A stretch of DNA of 63,979 nucleotides, the filler included, from Olpidium bornovanus S191 (Eukaryota > Fungi > Olpidiomycota), in assembly GCA_017911155.1 (NCBI GenBank). It is 30 parts of 30 records of this genome, joined end to end, with 100 filler letters (N's around TTAATTAATTAA, not from the genome) between each part and the next. Parts side by side here need not be neighbours in the genome. Positions count along the whole stretch, not along the records: positions 61,279 to 63,979 come from JAEFCI010010237.1; 29 more parts are not named here. The stretch is one strand, 5' to 3'. Positions 62,780 through 63,979 of the stretch are shown piece by piece (within the stretch, counting starts at the first letter, position 1; each line of letters opens with the position of its first letter). The translations under genes were made by a program, and so were the position numbers. The notes under the pieces are model-generated. The model was not told the DNA's origin. It worked only from the letters and a program-made list of their open reading frames with translations, and ran no database searches.

Positions 62780-63979
62780 GATGGACCAACGCAGTACTTT
62801 TGAGGGTTCAGAAACCTGCGTGTTGTCGCAACACACGGACAACCCACTTATCTACTTCCAAGACCGAGGGAAAAATCATCGAAAACACGTTCGTCGAGTC
62901 CTTCCAGAGGTCCCGAGATCATTAAGCCTTTACATGAACCGTGCGAAATCTTCCTTCCGACACACGTCGAGTTTCTTAGGCCGCACGTATTCGACGGGAC
63001 CAGTATCCGAGCAGAAGACAAATTACCGACACAACGTGCGGATTGGTTCTTCCCTTCCTCGTCAACTGTCTCGAAAACTCGATACACGGTTATGCGGGAT
63101 ATGTGTGGCCCACTCATTGTTGCTCTGCAATAAGAATGTTTTCCCTTGGACACGAATTCCTGCTCATCAGAAACAGCAGGTGCGTTGAAAACAGGCACGT
63201 CTTACCTCACCCGTCAATTCACTATTATCGACCGGAACTCCAGACCGTCGTACACACCTGACAATGCGGCCTTCGAGGTTGGCGGATGGATCGGCCAGAT
63301 AGATGAGCTAGGTGAGGAGCATCTGATGCTCCATTGGAGCCGGAAGATGCAAATAAGCACGCGACAGTTCGCGCGGCCAGCTTCAGCAAGGACCAGCTGA
63401 GTTCATGCCGAGCTCGCCAATTTCGCGCTTTACCAACCAGGGCCGTCTCTGCATACCGGACTGCGAGCTCCGACGTTAGCTCCTCGCCGGCGCCCGTGGC
63501 TTCCATCACCCCGGCCTCGGAGCGCCTTCACAGCGCGGCGCCTGGGACTCGACGTGCGAAATCTGCCAGAGGTATTAAGAAGGGAGGCGTCAGCAAGGGA
63601 AGCTACACAATAATGGATGCCTTCAAGTCTACCCACCTGTCGGCCGGATACGACAGTGCCCCACTCATCATAGATCACCTTACCAAACTTGTTTGGCCAA
63701 AAAGACGACACGGCTCAAGCCACCGCCGAGCGGCTCTTCGTTGGAGTCGTTCTCTACCAGGGACCACCCCGATCGGCGCGCCAGTGCGACTGGTACCCTT
63801 GCGAATCGGTAGACGCCCCGATGAAGCGGACGTGGACCAACATACAAGAACCATTGCGACATGAGTGTGGTGTGTATGGGTCGAGGGCGGATTATGCGCT
63901 TGGACGGAAGTACGCTTCAGTTACCGCCCCGCCTGGAACTGGAGGATTGTGCGAGGCACTCTCCCTTGAGAGAATAACA
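62780..63979 (+). mobile_element. Highly degenerate Ty3/Gypsy pol (RNase H-integrase)
   Basis: LGHEFL; QFTIID; QGRLCIPDCELRR*LL..HHPG; TCEICQRY*; IMDAFKSTHLSAGYDSAPLIIDHLTK, corresponding to ISMDFI..LP.S.GYD..LVIVDRLTK. Confidence 0.75.

Overview
The window is not one genomic locus. It is 30 short contigs (about 1.1-5.0 kb) joined by 29 copies of an artificial 100-bp spacer (N44-TTAATTAATTAA-N44, stops in all six frames), so gene neighbourhoods across spacers mean nothing. The DNA is GC-rich, intron-rich eukaryotic nuclear sequence, most consistent with an early-diverging (non-Dikarya) fungus; this placement is inferred from gene content. Recognisable host gene fragments: ENP2/NOL10, tyrosine aminotransferase, POL3, FHIP/FAM160, Fun30-type Snf2 helicase, Aim32/Apd1-like ferredoxin, TSR1, DUF1279, myosin V, DDX21-type GUCT helicase, LUC7, a GT10-like tail, U1-70K, METAP2, ERG20, VPS51, SPC2, CWF19L2, a GATA factor, ZNG1/COBW and an SCP2-like protein. 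About ten degenerate Ty1/Copia and Ty3/Gypsy fragments are present, some nested. The most notable items are: (1) a divergent RNA-polymerase largest-subunit fragment that matches none of Pol I/II/III and may be giant-virus derived, abutting a nested retroelement cluster; (2) an Aim32/Apd1 bis-His [2Fe-2S] domain apparently fused to an adrenodoxin-type ferredoxin; (3) a DIRS-type Dam-like N6-adenine methyltransferase ORF with atypical flanks; (4) a cox1 NUMT lying in frame in a predicted spliced exon; (5) one LTR family inserted antisense into two different retroelements; (6) a strong excess of CATG at contig ends. All identifications are by motif recognition; no database searches were run.
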